Below, in pieces: positions 20,507 to 31,423 of a stretch of DNA of 64,000 bases (its first letter is position 1; each line of letters opens with the position of its first letter). The DNA is from Ferroacidibacillus organovorans (GTDB lineage: Bacteria > Bacillota > Bacilli > Alicyclobacillales > SLC66). Under the pieces are notes generated by a model. It was not told where the DNA came from. It did no database searches and worked only from the letters and a program-made list of their open reading frames with translations. The position numbers and the translations under genes are program-made. The stretch covers positions 1 to 64,000 of the forward strand of contig NZ_LSUQ01000004.1 of NCBI RefSeq assembly GCF_001642725.1, written 5' to 3'.

Positions 20507-21781
20507 ATGGCCGCGATGGAAATGGGTGATCACGCGACATTTGAACAGTATCTTGAAAAGGGAAGTGTCACTTTTTCAAGTGGACGAATCGGGATCAAGC
20601 GCGATGGAGATGACGCCGCGCTTTTTGTGTTTTCTGAGCATGCCGTATATGCGGGCGCGTTTACGACGAATGCGTTTAAAAGCGCGTGTGTGACGAGCGC
20701 GATGGATCGCCTGCGAGCGCAAAAGAAGATCAAAGCGGTGCTGATCACAAGTGGAAACGCGAATGCGGGCACAGGTCCGGCGGGGCGTGCGGATACGGAG
20801 CGACTGGCGGCGGGCGTTGCGGGGCACGTGGGCTGTGCGGCAGATGAGGTGGTCGTGCTTCACACGGGAGTGATTGGCGTGCCGCTGCGCGCGGAGCGGT
20901 TGATCGGCAGCCTTGAGGGTCTTTGTCAAGGGGCGACGTCAACGCCTGAAAAGCTGGTCGGCGCGGCGCGCGCGATGATGACGACAGACACCTTTCCTAA
21001 GGTGAGCGCGAGGGCTTTTCAGGTTGGTGACACTTCGTATACGGTGTGGGGTGTGGCCAAAGGTGCGGGTATGATTCACCCTAAGCTGGCGACGATGCTG
21101 TCGGTGCTGGTAACCGATGCGCCGGTAAGCCAGCGGACTCTGCAGCGTGTGCTTTCGCGGGTTGTGGGTCAGACGTTCAATCGCATCTCGGTGGACGGCG
21201 ACACGAGTCCGAATGACAGTGTGCTGCTTTTTTCGACGGGCGGTGCGCGGATGGAGGCTGGCACGGCTGAGTTCTATGGAGTGGAAGGGACAGGGGGCGG
21301 CCGAATTGACGATGGAGAGGTTGATGAAACCTTATTTGAAGATGCGCTGAGGAGCGTCGCGCAGGATCTAGCGCATAGCATTGTGCGCGACGGTGAAGGT
21401 GCGACGAAATTTCTGGAGATTGTGGTGCGGGGCGCACAGTCCGAGGTGGATGCGGAGCGCATTGCCGAGACGATCGCCACGTCGCCGCTTGTGAAGACGG
21501 CGTTTTTCGGTGAGGATTTCAATCCGGGGCGGATCATCTCGGCGATTGGGCGCGCGGGTATCGCCGTTTCGTTTGATCGCCTGCGGCTGACGCTTGGGGA
21601 TCAGAGGGTGTATGACGCGGGACAGTTCCTTGTGACGGCGGAGTCAGACGCGCGACGGGTGATGGCGATGAAGGAGATTCCGGTCGTCGTTGAACTTGGC
21701 GCGGGTGAGTTGGAGATACGCTATTGGACGTGTGATTTGACGTTTGACTATGTGAAGATTAACGCGGAGTACACGACCTGA
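20507..21781 (+). CDS. argJ: Ornithine acetyltransferase ArgJ
   Basis: SGNANAGTG, TGVIG, MTTDT, KGAGMIHP..ATML, DGEGATK, YVKINAEY. Confidence 0.95.
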   Translation: MAAMEMGDHATFEQYLEKGSVTFSSGRIGIKRDGDDAALFVFSEHAVYAGAFTTNAFKSACVTSAMDRLRAQKKIKAVLITSGNANAGTGPAGRADTERLAAGVAGHVGCAADEVVVLHTGVIGVPLRAERLIGSLEGLCQGATSTPEKLVGAARAMMTTDTFPKVSARAFQVGDTSYTVWGVAKGAGMIHPKLATMLSVLVTDAPVSQRTLQRVLSRVVGQTFNRISVDGDTSPNDSVLLFSTGGARMEAGTAEFYGVEGTGGGRIDDGEVDETLFEDALRSVAQDLAHSIVRDGEGATKFLEIVVRGAQSEVDAERIAETIATSPLVKTAFFGEDFNPGRIISAIGRAGIAVSFDRLRLTLGDQRVYDAGQFLVTAESDARRVMAMKEIPVVVELGAGELEIRYWTCDLTFDYVKINAEYTT

Positions 21782-21794
21782 GGAGGTGGATTCG

Positions 21795-22280
21795 ATGGCC
21801 GTTTCAGAAGAACGGGTGACTGGCGTGTTGCGCGAGGCGACGGTTCGCGATGTCGATTCGATTGTGGCGCTCTTGCGGGATTATGCGGAACAGGGGCTGC
21901 TCTTGCCACGCACTCGGCAGTCTGTACTCGAAATCTTGCCGTCGTTTCGGGTGATCGATGTGGCGGGCAGGGTGCAGGGTGTGGCCTCGCTGTGTATCCT
22001 CGGGGATGATCTGGCAGAGATTCGGTCGCTCGCAGTCGCCCCAGAGGCGCAGGGTGGTGGATTTGGCAAGCGCCTGGTGCAGGCGCTGCTCGTGTATGCG
22101 GCGGATTTGCAGCTGCCAAAGGTGCTCGCGCTCACGTACCAGGAGATGTTTTTTTCGCGCTGCGGGTTTCACGTTGTGGAAAAGCACACGCTGCATCAGA
22201 AGATTTGGAAGGATTGTATCAACTGCAAGAAGTTCCCGGTGTGCGATGAGATCGCGATGATCTATGAGACGGGTGTGTAG
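21795..22280 (+). CDS. argA: Short-type amino-acid N-acetyltransferase (ArgA-like GNAT)
   Basis: LLPR, LAEIRSLAV, ALTY..FF, KIWKDC..C.KFP.CDEIAM; directly after argJ. Confidence 0.82.
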   Translation: MAVSEERVTGVLREATVRDVDSIVALLRDYAEQGLLLPRTRQSVLEILPSFRVIDVAGRVQGVASLCILGDDLAEIRSLAVAPEAQGGGFGKRLVQALLVYAADLQLPKVLALTYQEMFFSRCGFHVVEKHTLHQKIWKDCINCKKFPVCDEIAMIYETGV

Positions 22281-22535
22281 GGCGTGGCGGCAGGAGAACG
22301 GGCGCAGGCGTGAGCGTTCGTGCGCGGCGGATGATGCGCTTGTGCGATGCGCCTGCGCAACCCTCGCGTCGATGCGGTAGGTTGGGTGCAACGGAAGCCG
22401 AATTCGCGGGTAGGATGGCGGCTGTGCATATCAAACTGGCTTGTGCGCGCGCATCTTGGGTATACTAGTAAAACACGGAAACACAGGCAGATGATGCATA
22501 GATGTGTCACGTGACTTTGACCAAGGAGTTTTCTC

Positions 22536-23189
22536 ATGAGTGAACCAGGCACACCGTCTCCGTTTCTTACCCTGATTACGAATCCGCGCCTCTACTTTGA
22601 GACGCGTCGGGAACAGCCGCGCTGGATGCTGTTGACGCTCGTTCTCGCCGCGATCACGGGCGCGCTTTCGAGTCTGACACTGCGCTACATGATGCAGTCC
22701 CCGAGCTACCTCGCGTACGTGCACACGTTGACAAAGGCGCAGGCGGCACGTGTCGCGTCGCAAGCCGCATCCGTCACACCGATCAGCGCATTTGCCGGCG
22801 TATTTGTCGCGGTGACTCTGTCCGCCGTCTTTCTCTGGTTGATCGCGCGCATCTTCTCGCTTGCGATCGAATATCGCCGCGTCGTTTTCATCATGGCGAG
22901 CGCGACGGTCATTTCCGTGCTGGGGACCCTCTTTGACACCATCATGACGTTTTTGACGGGTCGCTATCAGACGAATTTTTTATCCATCAGCACGTTGACT
23001 GGCGGAACGGGGCGATTCGGGGGGATTGAGTCGGCGCTCGGTTTGTTTCTGATCGGCTCACTGATCATCCAGACCATCGGTTTGGCGGTGTTCACGCGCA
23101 CGTCAGTGCGCAGGAGCGTGTGGCCAGTGTTGGTCGCATATCTATTGCCGCCGATTCTGAGTATGATCTTTTACAAGCCGACACCTTGA
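22536..23189 (+). CDS. Yip1-family membrane protein
   Basis: N-terminal ITNP..YFE..R..PRW pattern and about 5 TM helices; AAGGAG RBS. Confidence 0.7.
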   Translation: MSEPGTPSPFLTLITNPRLYFETRREQPRWMLLTLVLAAITGALSSLTLRYMMQSPSYLAYVHTLTKAQAARVASQAASVTPISAFAGVFVAVTLSAVFLWLIARIFSLAIEYRRVVFIMASATVISVLGTLFDTIMTFLTGRYQTNFLSISTLTGGTGRFGGIESALGLFLIGSLIIQTIGLAVFTRTSVRRSVWPVLVAYLLPPILSMIFYKPTP

Positions 23190-23227
23190 CGAGGGATGTT
23201 TGGAACTGACCGTCTACCGCGAATTTT

Positions 23228-23254
23228 GCCGTCTCCCGTGGGAGGCGGTTTTTT
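23228..23254 (+). terminator. Intrinsic terminator after the Yip1 gene
   Basis: GCCGTCTCCC-GT-GGGAGGCGG stem followed by TTTTTT. Confidence 0.82.
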
Positions 23255-23334
23255 CAGAGAAAAGGAAGGGAGCTGCTGAGTTGGGGGCTAATTTTTATAC
23301 GATAGTATGAGAAGCAATTTTTTGCTTTATATTA

Positions 23335-23360
23335 CGCTCTGTTCGGATAAATTGTGGATT
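23335..23360. repeat. Candidate terminal inverted repeat of an IS1595-family element
   Basis: CGCTCTGTTCGGATAAATTGTGGATT resembles, from memory, Bacillota IS1595 ends (GGCTCT.TTCG....TTGTTGA); flanked by AT-rich TTATATTA; partner end not found. Confidence 0.4.
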
Positions 23361-23444
23361 TTGAGGACAGAGGAGGGAACGTCGCTTATACCCAACAAGA
23401 CCTGACATAGGAGAGAGTCGTTCTCACGTTCAGATTGCTTTCCC

Positions 23445-23975
23445 TTACTTCGCCACCGGAGAGGTTATAGCGTAGACCTTTACTGGACAACCACAGGTGG
23501 GATCAATCGTTTCTCGCTCCAAGTGCATTCCAAGTTTTTGCATGATGCGTTCCGATGCATCATTGCCAACCTGACAAATGCTTAGAATCTCGGTTAAGTC
23601 GCAATTCTCGAATCCGAAACGTAGAACCCCCCTGGCTGCCTCCGTGGCAATGCCTTTTCCCCAGAAGGAACGCCCGAGCCGCCAACCTATTTCCACAGCA
23701 GGCATTACTTCCGGTAAAAAAGTAGGAACTGAAAGACCTACGAATCCGGAAAGTTCACCCGATTCCTTAACCTCTACGGCAAATAGACCGTAATCCAGTG
23801 TGTTCCATTCTTCTTCCCAGTGCTTGATAGCCCTTTTCGTTTGCTCTTCTGTTCTAGTGGTGCCTCCACCAATCCAACGCATGACCTCCGGATCAGCGTT
23901 GATTTCAGCCATTGGCGCTATGTCTTTTTCGCCCCATCTGCGTAGCACCAATCGTGATGTCTCTAAAGTCGGCAT
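23445..23975 (-). CDS. GNAT N-acetyltransferase, RimJ/RimL-like
   Basis: LETSRLVLR, VEIGWRL..FWGKGIATEAA, NDASERIMQKLGM; start MPTL with AGAAGGA RBS. Confidence 0.92.
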   Translation of the reverse strand: MPTLETSRLVLRRWGEKDIAPMAEINADPEVMRWIGGGTTRTEEQTKRAIKHWEEEWNTLDYGLFAVEVKESGELSGFVGLSVPTFLPEVMPAVEIGWRLGRSFWGKGIATEAARGVLRFGFENCDLTEILSICQVGNDASERIMQKLGMHLERETIDPTCGCPVKVYAITSPVAK

Positions 23976-24004
23976 ATTTGACTTCCTTCTGTGTAAATTT
24001 TCGC

Positions 24005-24351
24005 TCAACCTGTCTGCCTATATAAGACATGGAAACAACAATCGTGGCAAAGATAATCGGGTTCCCATTCCCCTGTTTCGTGGGATACAAAGAACATACT
24101 ACCACTACCATGTCCATCTTCTATAGGTTGGTGGCAAATAACGCATTTTCCTGTAGGGGTGCTAGATTTATAGCGAACCGTCTCGTTATCAATACAAGAT
24201 ATGGCAAGAAAAGCGACGTTCCCAAGTACCGCTGGCAATGTCACGTGTTGTATCAATGTAAGCAAACCACGTCATGTAATTGCGAGATACTTTGTAGCGA
24301 CACCCTAGAAACCTCCATCCAGCCCTTCAGACGGCTGTGGTATGCGTTGAC
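24005..24351 (-). mobile_element. Degenerate IS1595-family transposase, C-terminal fragment
   Basis: Across frameshifts reads VNAYHSRLKGWME / F*GVATKYL / NYMTWFAYID, matching the IS1595 signature NxYHSRLKxW..FxGVATKYLxNYxxWF. Confidence 0.8.
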
Positions 24352-24523
24352 ACTCCCTGCTCGATTACAAACCGTGACAAACCCAGGCCAAACATGGCTT
24401 TTGGGTCATTTGTCGTTTCGTCTGATCGGCGGTGGGATACATACGCTAGAATGGAAGTGTCGGGAGATGATTGATGGCAGCTTCATCGATCATGCCAAAC
24501 TTTCATGACAAAGTTTGTTTTCA

Positions 24524-24568
24524 TAATCCGAACGATCGTGTAACAAATTTGTGGTAATGTTCGTGTTT
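24524..24568. promoter_or_regulatory. PurBox pair (Bacillus-type PurR operator)
   Basis: TAATCCGAACGATC and TAATGTTCGTGTTT, GAAC-N25-GTTC spacing, upstream of the pur operon. Confidence 0.85.
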
Positions 24569-24571
24569 GGG

Positions 24572-24600
24572 TTGACCCGTTAACGCCTGCTTGCTAGACT
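24572..24600 (+). promoter_or_regulatory. SigA promoter of the pur operon
   Basis: TTGACC-N17-TAGACT with TG extension, adjacent to the PurBox. Confidence 0.75.
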
Positions 24601-24675
24601 ACAAGAGCAAGTGAATCGTGTGTTTATCGGGTAACTTAATCATCATAGCAACCTAAAGAGTGAGGGATTAAAAAG

Positions 24676-25971
24676 ATGATCGAACGCTATACGCTCCCTG
24701 AAATGGGCGAGATTTGGACGCTTGAGAGTCGCTATCAGGCGTGGCTTGACGTGGAGATCGCGGCGTGTGAGGCGTGGGCGAAACTTGGCGTGATTCCTGA
24801 GGAGGACGCGCGATTGATCCGTGAACGCGCGCGCGTGGATGTGGAGCGGGCTCTTGAAATCGAAGAGGTGACGCGCCATGACGTCGTGGCGTTTACGCGG
24901 CAAGTGTCAGAAACGCTCGGCCCTGAGCGCAAATGGGTGCACTATGGGCTTACCAGCACGGATGTTGTCGACACGGCGCTTGGCGTGCAGTTGAAGCGCG
25001 CGAACCGCCTTTTGCGCGAGAAGCTCCAAGGGTTCATCGGAACGCTGCGCGAGCAGGCTGTCCGCTACAAAGACACGGTGATGATGGGTCGCACGCACGG
25101 CGTGCACGCAGAGCCGACCACGTTTGGTCTGAAACTCGCGCTCTACTACGCAGAGATGGTGCGCAACCTTGAGCGCTTTGATCACGCGGCAGATGGCGTT
25201 CGCTACGGCAAGCTTTCGGGCGCTGTTGGAACTTATGCGAACATTGACCCGCGCGTCGAGGAGACGGTCTGCGACATCCTGGGACTAAAACCCGCCCCAA
25301 TTTCGACGCAAACCTTGCAGCGTGACCGCCACGCAGAGTATATGGCAACGCTCGCCTTGATCGGATCGAGCCTTGAGAAGATCGCAACGGAGATTCGTGG
25401 ATTGCAAAAAACAGAGATCCGCGAAGTCGAAGAGCCGTTTTACTCCGGGCAAAAAGGTTCATCGGCGATGCCGCACAAGCGCAATCCAGTGACTTGCGAG
25501 CAGATCTCAGGGCTCGCGCGGGTTCTGCGCGGCAATATGACGGCCGCGTACGAAAGCGTCACACTGTGGCATGAAAGAGACATCTCGCACTCCTCTGTCG
25601 AGCGGATCATCTTGCCTGACTCGACAATTTTGCTGCACTACATGCTCTCCAAGATGGATCGGATCATCGCGAATCTGACGGTGTTCCCCGAAAACATGAA
25701 ACGAAACATGGGGCGCACCTTTGGTCTCATCTTCTCACAGCGCGTGTTGCTCGCGCTCATCGAAAAAGGCGTGACGCGCGAAGAGGCGTATGACGTGGTG
25801 CAGGCAATGGCCATGCGCGCGTGGGAAGAGCAGCGCTCCTTTCGCGGCCTGCTTGAAGAGACAGACCTCGTCGCAAACCATCTCTCGGCAGAGGAACTCG
25901 ACGCGTGCTTTGATGAGCGCCATCACATGATACATGTTGATACAATCTTCGCACGGCTCGGCCTTCTCTAA
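24676..25971 (+). CDS. purB: Adenylosuccinate lyase
   Basis: [31 protein letters not shown]. Confidence 0.98.
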   Translation: MIERYTLPEMGEIWTLESRYQAWLDVEIAACEAWAKLGVIPEEDARLIRERARVDVERALEIEEVTRHDVVAFTRQVSETLGPERKWVHYGLTSTDVVDTALGVQLKRANRLLREKLQGFIGTLREQAVRYKDTVMMGRTHGVHAEPTTFGLKLALYYAEMVRNLERFDHAADGVRYGKLSGAVGTYANIDPRVEETVCDILGLKPAPISTQTLQRDRHAEYMATLALIGSSLEKIATEIRGLQKTEIREVEEPFYSGQKGSSAMPHKRNPVTCEQISGLARVLRGNMTAAYESVTLWHERDISHSSVERIILPDSTILLHYMLSKMDRIIANLTVFPENMKRNMGRTFGLIFSQRVLLALIEKGVTREEAYDVVQAMAMRAWEEQRSFRGLLEETDLVANHLSAEELDACFDERHHMIHVDTIFARLGLL

Positions 25972-26127
25972 GCTGTGAGATCGCCTCACACGGAGGTGGT
26001 GGACGGATATCACCCGCGCTGTCGACCGTGTTTAGCGCCGCTGTCAATGGCTTGCGCCGCTCGCACCGAGTCATGAAGAAACGAATCGCCGACGGAGCAT
26101 TCCGTGGCGCACAAAGGAGCATGTCGC

Positions 26128-26847
26128 GTGGAAAAAGGTCACATGATCTATGAAGGCAAAGCGAAACGCGTGTATGAAGTCGTGGGTCAACCAGAATCGG
26201 TGATCGTCGTGTATAAGGACGATGCGACCGCGTTCAACGGCGCGAAACACGCGTCTCTTGAAGGAAAGGGCGTTTTGAATCTCGCGATCAGCACAGTCAT
26301 CTTCGAGTGGCTCAAGCAGGCCGGAATCGCTTCGCACTATATCCGCACACTGTCCGATCGCGAGATGCTTGTGCGCCGGGTAGAGATTGTGCCGCTTGAG
26401 GTTGTCATTCGCAATCGCGTGGCGGGAAGTCTCGCAAAGCGCCTTGGCATAGCGGAAGGGGTCACGCTCACAGAACCGTTTGTCGAGTGGTACTACAAAA
26501 ACGACGACCTCGGCGATCCGCTTGTCACGGAGGCGCACATTCGCGTGCTCGGCGTCGCGACGCCGGAAATTCTTGCATCGCTTGAGGCGCAGGCTCAAAA
26601 GATCAATCAGGTGTTGCGCGCAAACCTCCACAAAGCAGGCATTGAACTGGTTGACGCGAAGTTTGAGTTTGGTTTGACGAAAGAAGGCACACTGATTCTA
26701 GCCGATGAAATATCTCCCGACACGTGCCGCTTTTGGGATACGGCGACTGAAGAGAAGCTCGACAAAGACCGCTTTCGTCGCGATTTGGGCGGTGTGATGG
26801 AAGCGTATCAGGAAATTCTGCGCAGAATTAAGGGGGTCCAAGCGTGA
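26128..26847 (+). CDS. purC: SAICAR synthetase
   Basis: YEGKAK, KDDATAFNG, LADEISPDTCR; AAGGAG RBS before GTG. Confidence 0.97.
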   Translation: MEKGHMIYEGKAKRVYEVVGQPESVIVVYKDDATAFNGAKHASLEGKGVLNLAISTVIFEWLKQAGIASHYIRTLSDREMLVRRVEIVPLEVVIRNRVAGSLAKRLGIAEGVTLTEPFVEWYYKNDDLGDPLVTEAHIRVLGVATPEILASLEAQAQKINQVLRANLHKAGIELVDAKFEFGLTKEGTLILADEISPDTCRFWDTATEEKLDKDRFRRDLGGVMEAYQEILRRIKGVQA

Positions 26848-27101
26848 ATTTTATTGCAAGCATCCGCGTGACGCTCAAAGAGAGCGTGCTCGATCCGCAA
26901 GGCAGCGCAGTCGTTCACGCGCTGCACAGTCTGTCATTTACGTCCGTGAGCGACGTGCGCATCGGAAAATACATGGAAGTGTCCTTTCACGCAGATGATG
27001 AGCAGACGGCGCGCGCGCAGGTTTCGCGCATGTGCGATCAACTTCTGACAAATCCCGTCATTGAGACCTATTCGTTTACACTCGCGGAGGTGCGCGAATG
27101 A
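26844..27101 (+). CDS. purS: FGAM synthase subunit PurS
   Basis: [19 protein letters not shown]. Confidence 0.96.
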   Translation: MNFIASIRVTLKESVLDPQGSAVVHALHSLSFTSVSDVRIGKYMEVSFHADDEQTARAQVSRMCDQLLTNPVIETYSFTLAEVRE

Positions 27102-27778
27102 ACTGCGCCGTTCTTCAATTTCCGGGGAGCAACTGCGATCAGGATGCGGTCAAAGCGGTGGCGGGCACACTCTCTTTAAAGGCGGATCTGGTGTGGCATG
27201 AGACGGCGGATCTGAATGCGTACGACTTGATCATCGTGCCGGGCGGATTCTCGTACGGCGACTACCTTCGCGCTGGAGCCATTGCACGGTTTTCAAAAGC
27301 GATGCAGGCGACCGTGGCGGCGGCAGAGCGTGGCGCGTACGTTCTTGGCATCTGTAATGGGTTTCAGATATTGACGGAGGCGGGCCTGCTTCCGGGGGCG
27401 CTACGCCGCAATGACCATCGGCAGTTTCGCTGCGACATGGTGGAGTTGGAAGTGGTCAATGGCGCGACGGATTTTACGCGCGCGTATGAAAAAGCGCGCG
27501 TGACGATTCCCATTGCGCACGGTGAAGGCAATTATTATGTCGATGATGAGATGCTAAAACGTTTAGAAGAAAACCAACAGATCGTGTTTCGCTATGCGAG
27601 CGAACAGAGTCCGAACGGGTCTGTCGCAAATATCGCTGGTGTCATCAATGAGCGCGGCAATGTGCTCGGGATGATGCCACACCCGGAGCGCGCGGTGAGC
27701 GAACGCCTCGGATCGACAGACGGGATTTCGCTGTTTCGCTCCATCCTGACGAGCTGGAGGGATGGCCATGCGTCGTGA
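27098..27778 (+). CDS. purQ: FGAM synthase glutaminase subunit PurQ
   Basis: [31 protein letters not shown]. Confidence 0.97.
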   Translation: MNCAVLQFPGSNCDQDAVKAVAGTLSLKADLVWHETADLNAYDLIIVPGGFSYGDYLRAGAIARFSKAMQATVAAAERGAYVLGICNGFQILTEAGLLPGALRRNDHRQFRCDMVELEVVNGATDFTRAYEKARVTIPIAHGEGNYYVDDEMLKRLEENQQIVFRYASEQSPNGSVANIAGVINERGNVLGMMPHPERAVSERLGSTDGISLFRSILTSWRDGHAS

Positions 27779-30014
27779 ACCGACGGAGCAAGAGATTCGC
27801 GATCAGCGGATGTATGTGAAATTTGGACTGACGGATGATGAATATGCGCGCATCTGCACGCGTCTTGGGCGTCTTCCAAACTACACGGAGACGGGCGTCT
27901 TTAGCGTCATGTGGTCAGAGCACTGCAGTTACAAAAGCTCGCGCAAGCACCTGCGCCGCTTTCCGACCCAAGGGACGCACGTCTTGCAAGGGCCAGGCGA
28001 AAACGCGGGGATCATCGACATCGGTGACAATCTCGCAGTCTCCTTTAAAATGGAGAGCCACAACCATCCAACGGCCGTCGAACCGTACCAGGGCGCGGCA
28101 ACCGGTGTCGGCGGGATCATCCGCGACGTTTTTACGATGGGCGCGCGGCCGATTGCGCTGCTCAACAGTTTGCGCTTTGGCACGCTCGATCAGGCGCGCA
28201 CGCGTTACCTGTTCTCCCACGCGGTCGAAGGGATTGCATTTTACGGCAACTGCATCGGCATCCCGACGGTGGGCGGCGAGGTGGTGTTTGACGCGCGCTA
28301 TGCAGAAAACCCGCTCGTCAACGCCATGTGCATCGGGCTCATGACGCACGATCAAATCGCGACAGGCCACGCCAGCGGTGTCGGTAACCCGGTGCTCGTC
28401 GTCGGCGCAAAGACAGGGCGTGACGGCATCCACGGTGCGACGTTTGCGTCGGCACAAGACCCGAACGAAAAAGAGCGGTCTGCCGTTCAGGTGGGCGATC
28501 CGTTTATGGAAAAACTTCTTCTTGAAGCGTGCCTCGAGCTGATCGCGACAGGGCGCGTTGTCGGGATTCAGGATATGGGTGCGGCGGGACTCACATCATC
28601 ATCCGCAGAAATGGCGAGCCGCGCAGGCAGCGGTCTGACGCTTGACGTATCGCGCGTGCCGTGCCGCGAAACGGGCATGAGCCCGTATGAGATCATGCTG
28701 TCTGAGTCGCAGGAGCGAATGCTCGTCGTCATGAAAGAGGGCGAATCGGCAATCGCCGAGGAGATCTTCGCGAAATGGGGCCTTGAGGCGACGGTGATCG
28801 GGCGCGTGACGGACGACGGATCTCTTCGCATCACCGAGGGAGAGCGTGTCGCGGCGGAACTCCCGATTGCGGCGCTGGTAGACGAGGCGCCCGTGCTCGA
28901 TCGCCCCGCAGTGCGCCCGGCGTATCTCGATCAGCTAAACGTTGCGCCTGTGCGGCTTTCGACGCAAGGCGACCTTACGGGCGATCTGCTTGCGCTCGTC
29001 GCGGAACCGACGATTGCGAGCAAGGAGTGGGTGTACCGCCAGTACGACACGATGGTGCGCACGGAGACGCTTGTTCGTCCTGGTGCGGACGCAGCGGTCA
29101 TCGGCATTCCAGATTCGCAAAAAGCGATCGCGACATCGGCGGATGGGAACGGTAAATACGTCTATCTGAATCCACGCCAAGGCGGTGCCATGGCGGTGGC
29201 TGAAGCGGCGCGAAACATCGTGTGCACAGGCGCGCGTCCACTCGCGGTGACGGATTGCCTCAATTACGGAAACCCAGAGAAGCCGGAGATTTTTTATCAA
29301 TTCCGCGAGTCAATCGACGGAATGAGCGAGGCTTGTGAAAAACTGGGTACGCCTGTGATCAGCGGCAACGTCTCGTTCTACAACGAAACCGGGGGCCAAG
29401 ACATCTACCCGACGCCGATCATCGGGATGGTCGGCCTTCTCGAACAGGCGGAGCGGCTTGTCACGAGCGCGTTCAAGCGCGGCGAAGGCGCTGTGTATCT
29501 GCTCGCGCCAAAGGGACAGGCGATTCGCGACGGTCTCGGCGGCTCGGCGTACCTTGCGATGAAGCGGCCGGACGAGGCGCTATCGTATCAGCTTCCCGCG
29601 TTTGACTTGGACGCAGAAAAGGCTGTGCAAGACGCATGCCTGGCGCTTGCCGAGGCGGGTGTGCTCGCGGCGGCGCACGACATCTCGGATGGCGGTCTCG
29701 CAGTGGCGCTCGCCGAGTCGTGCGTGCAGGGCAGTGTCGGTCTCGCGGTGGCGGTTACGATCGCCCCAGATGACGAGCAGGAGGTGTTGCTGTTTGGGGA
29801 GTCGCCAAGTCGCATCCTCGTGCAGGTTCGCGCAGGACAAGAAAAACGCCTAAAAGAGCTTGCGTCGTCGTTTCTCGTTTCCTTTCTTCCGCTTGGCGCC
29901 GTCGCGGAGACGGATCGCTTTCACATCACGCTTAACGAGAAGACAGCGATCGACGCGGAGGTTTCGGCGCTGCGCGACGCATGGCGGGGGGCGATTGCAT
30001 CGTGGATGAACTGA
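27768..30014 (+). CDS. purL: FGAM synthase subunit PurL
   Basis: [30 protein letters not shown]. Confidence 0.98.
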   Translation: MRREPTEQEIRDQRMYVKFGLTDDEYARICTRLGRLPNYTETGVFSVMWSEHCSYKSSRKHLRRFPTQGTHVLQGPGENAGIIDIGDNLAVSFKMESHNHPTAVEPYQGAATGVGGIIRDVFTMGARPIALLNSLRFGTLDQARTRYLFSHAVEGIAFYGNCIGIPTVGGEVVFDARYAENPLVNAMCIGLMTHDQIATGHASGVGNPVLVVGAKTGRDGIHGATFASAQDPNEKERSAVQVGDPFMEKLLLEACLELIATGRVVGIQDMGAAGLTSSSAEMASRAGSGLTLDVSRVPCRETGMSPYEIMLSESQERMLVVMKEGESAIAEEIFAKWGLEATVIGRVTDDGSLRITEGERVAAELPIAALVDEAPVLDRPAVRPAYLDQLNVAPVRLSTQGDLTGDLLALVAEPTIASKEWVYRQYDTMVRTETLVRPGADAAVIGIPDSQKAIATSADGNGKYVYLNPRQGGAMAVAEAARNIVCTGARPLAVTDCLNYGNPEKPEIFYQFRESIDGMSEACEKLGTPVISGNVSFYNETGGQDIYPTPIIGMVGLLEQAERLVTSAFKRGEGAVYLLAPKGQAIRDGLGGSAYLAMKRPDEALSYQLPAFDLDAEKAVQDACLALAEAGVLAAAHDISDGGLAVALAESCVQGSVGLAVAVTIAPDDEQEVLLFGESPSRILVQVRAGQEKRLKELASSFLVSFLPLGAVAETDRFHITLNEKTAIDAEVSALRDAWRGAIASWMN

Positions 30015-31423
30015 TGATGGACCGCATGCACGAAGAGTGTGGCGTCTTTGGCATTTGGGGACATCCGGAAGCGGCGCAACTGACGTATTACGGGCTTTAC
30101 GCACTGCAGCATCGCGGGCAGGAGAGTGCGGGGATCGCGAGCATTGACGAGATGACGATGCACAACCATCGCGGCATGGGGCTTGTCACAGAGGTGTTTG
30201 GCGGTGATCGCCTGAAGGATCTGCGCGGTCACGCGGCGGTCGGTCACGTGCGCTACTCGACGACTGGAGACAGTCGGTTGGCAAACGCCCAACCGCTCGT
30301 CTTTTCTTACCATCAAGGGAACATGGCGCTGGCGCACAATGGGAACCTGGTGAACGCGATGACCATTCGCGACAGGCTTGAGCGGCAGGGTAGCATCTTT
30401 CAGTCGACAAGCGATACCGAAGTGGTTGCGCATCTGATCGCGCGCGGCGGCTATCCGAGCGTGATTGAGAATGTGCGCGACAGCATGGCGATGATCAAGG
30501 GTGGATACGCGTTTGTCATCCTGGTCGATGACGCGCTGATCGCGATGCGCGACCCGCAGGGCTTGCGCCCGATGGCCTTGGGGCGCCTTGGGGACGCCTA
30601 TGTGGTGGCGTCGGAGACGTGCGCGTTTGACACGGTGGGCGCCACCTTTTTACGCGATGTGGAGCCGGGCGAGATGATTATGATCACGTCTGAGGGGCTT
30701 CACACGGAACGGTTTGCGGACGCCTCGCGAAAAGCGCTGTGCACGTTTGAATACATCTACTTTGCGCGTCCAGATAGTGACATCGACGGCTATAACGTTC
30801 ACATGGTGCGCAAGCACCTTGGCAAAATCCTCGCGCGCGAGGCGCCGATTGAGGCGGATGTCGTCATTGGGGTGCCAGACAGTTCCATCTCAGCGGCGAT
30901 CGGTTATGCGGAAGAGTCGCGGATCCCGTATGAGATTGGGCTTATCAAAAACAAATACAGTGGGCGCACATTTATTCAACCGTCTCAGGAGTTACGCAAT
31001 CTCGGCGTACGCCTGAAGCTGAGCGCGGTGCGCAAGATCGTGGATCAAAAGCGCGTGGTGATGGTGGATGACTCGCTGGTGCGCGGAACGACGAGCGCAA
31101 GACTTGTCACACTGCTGCGCGAGGCGGGCGCGACGGAGGTTCACGTGCGCATCTCATCGCCCCCGGTAAAACACTCGTGCTTTTACGGAATCGACACGTC
31201 GGCGCGCGAGGAACTGATTGCCGCGCAAAAATCGGTCGATGAAATCCGCGATTTTATTGGGGCGGACAGCCTCTCGTTCATGACGGAAGACGCGATGCTC
31301 ACGGCGTTTGGCGTGGAGCGCGGGAAGCCGCACGGGTTTTGCAACGCGTGTTTCACGGGTCTCTACCCGACGGAAGTGTACCAGACGAACAAGCGTGCTT
31401 TGGAAAGGCAGGTTAAAGTGTGA
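30002..31423 (+). CDS. purF: Amidophosphoribosyltransferase
   Basis: Propeptide then [26 protein letters not shown]. Confidence 0.97.
   Translation: MDELMMDRMHEECGVFGIWGHPEAAQLTYYGLYALQHRGQESAGIASIDEMTMHNHRGMGLVTEVFGGDRLKDLRGHAAVGHVRYSTTGDSRLANAQPLVFSYHQGNMALAHNGNLVNAMTIRDRLERQGSIFQSTSDTEVVAHLIARGGYPSVIENVRDSMAMIKGGYAFVILVDDALIAMRDPQGLRPMALGRLGDAYVVASETCAFDTVGATFLRDVEPGEMIMITSEGLHTERFADASRKALCTFEYIYFARPDSDIDGYNVHMVRKHLGKILAREAPIEADVVIGVPDSSISAAIGYAEESRIPYEIGLIKNKYSGRTFIQPSQELRNLGVRLKLSAVRKIVDQKRVVMVDDSLVRGTTSARLVTLLREAGATEVHVRISSPPVKHSCFYGIDTSAREELIAAQKSVDEIRDFIGADSLSFMTEDAMLTAFGVERGKPHGFCNACFTGLYPTEVYQTNKRALERQVKV

Noticed and set aside
24029..24508. 159-aa plus-strand ORF
   Set aside because: Antisense to the IS1595 relic, with no recognisable motif
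15820..24520. Integrative island at the guaA 3' end
   Set aside because: No integrase and no duplicated guaA 3' end (att) found; the block includes core arg genes
25972..26127. Gene remnant or small ORF between purB and purC (TGTGAG...CTCACA hairpin, GGAGGTGG)
   Set aside because: No properly spaced start codon and no similarity to purE/purK that I can recognise
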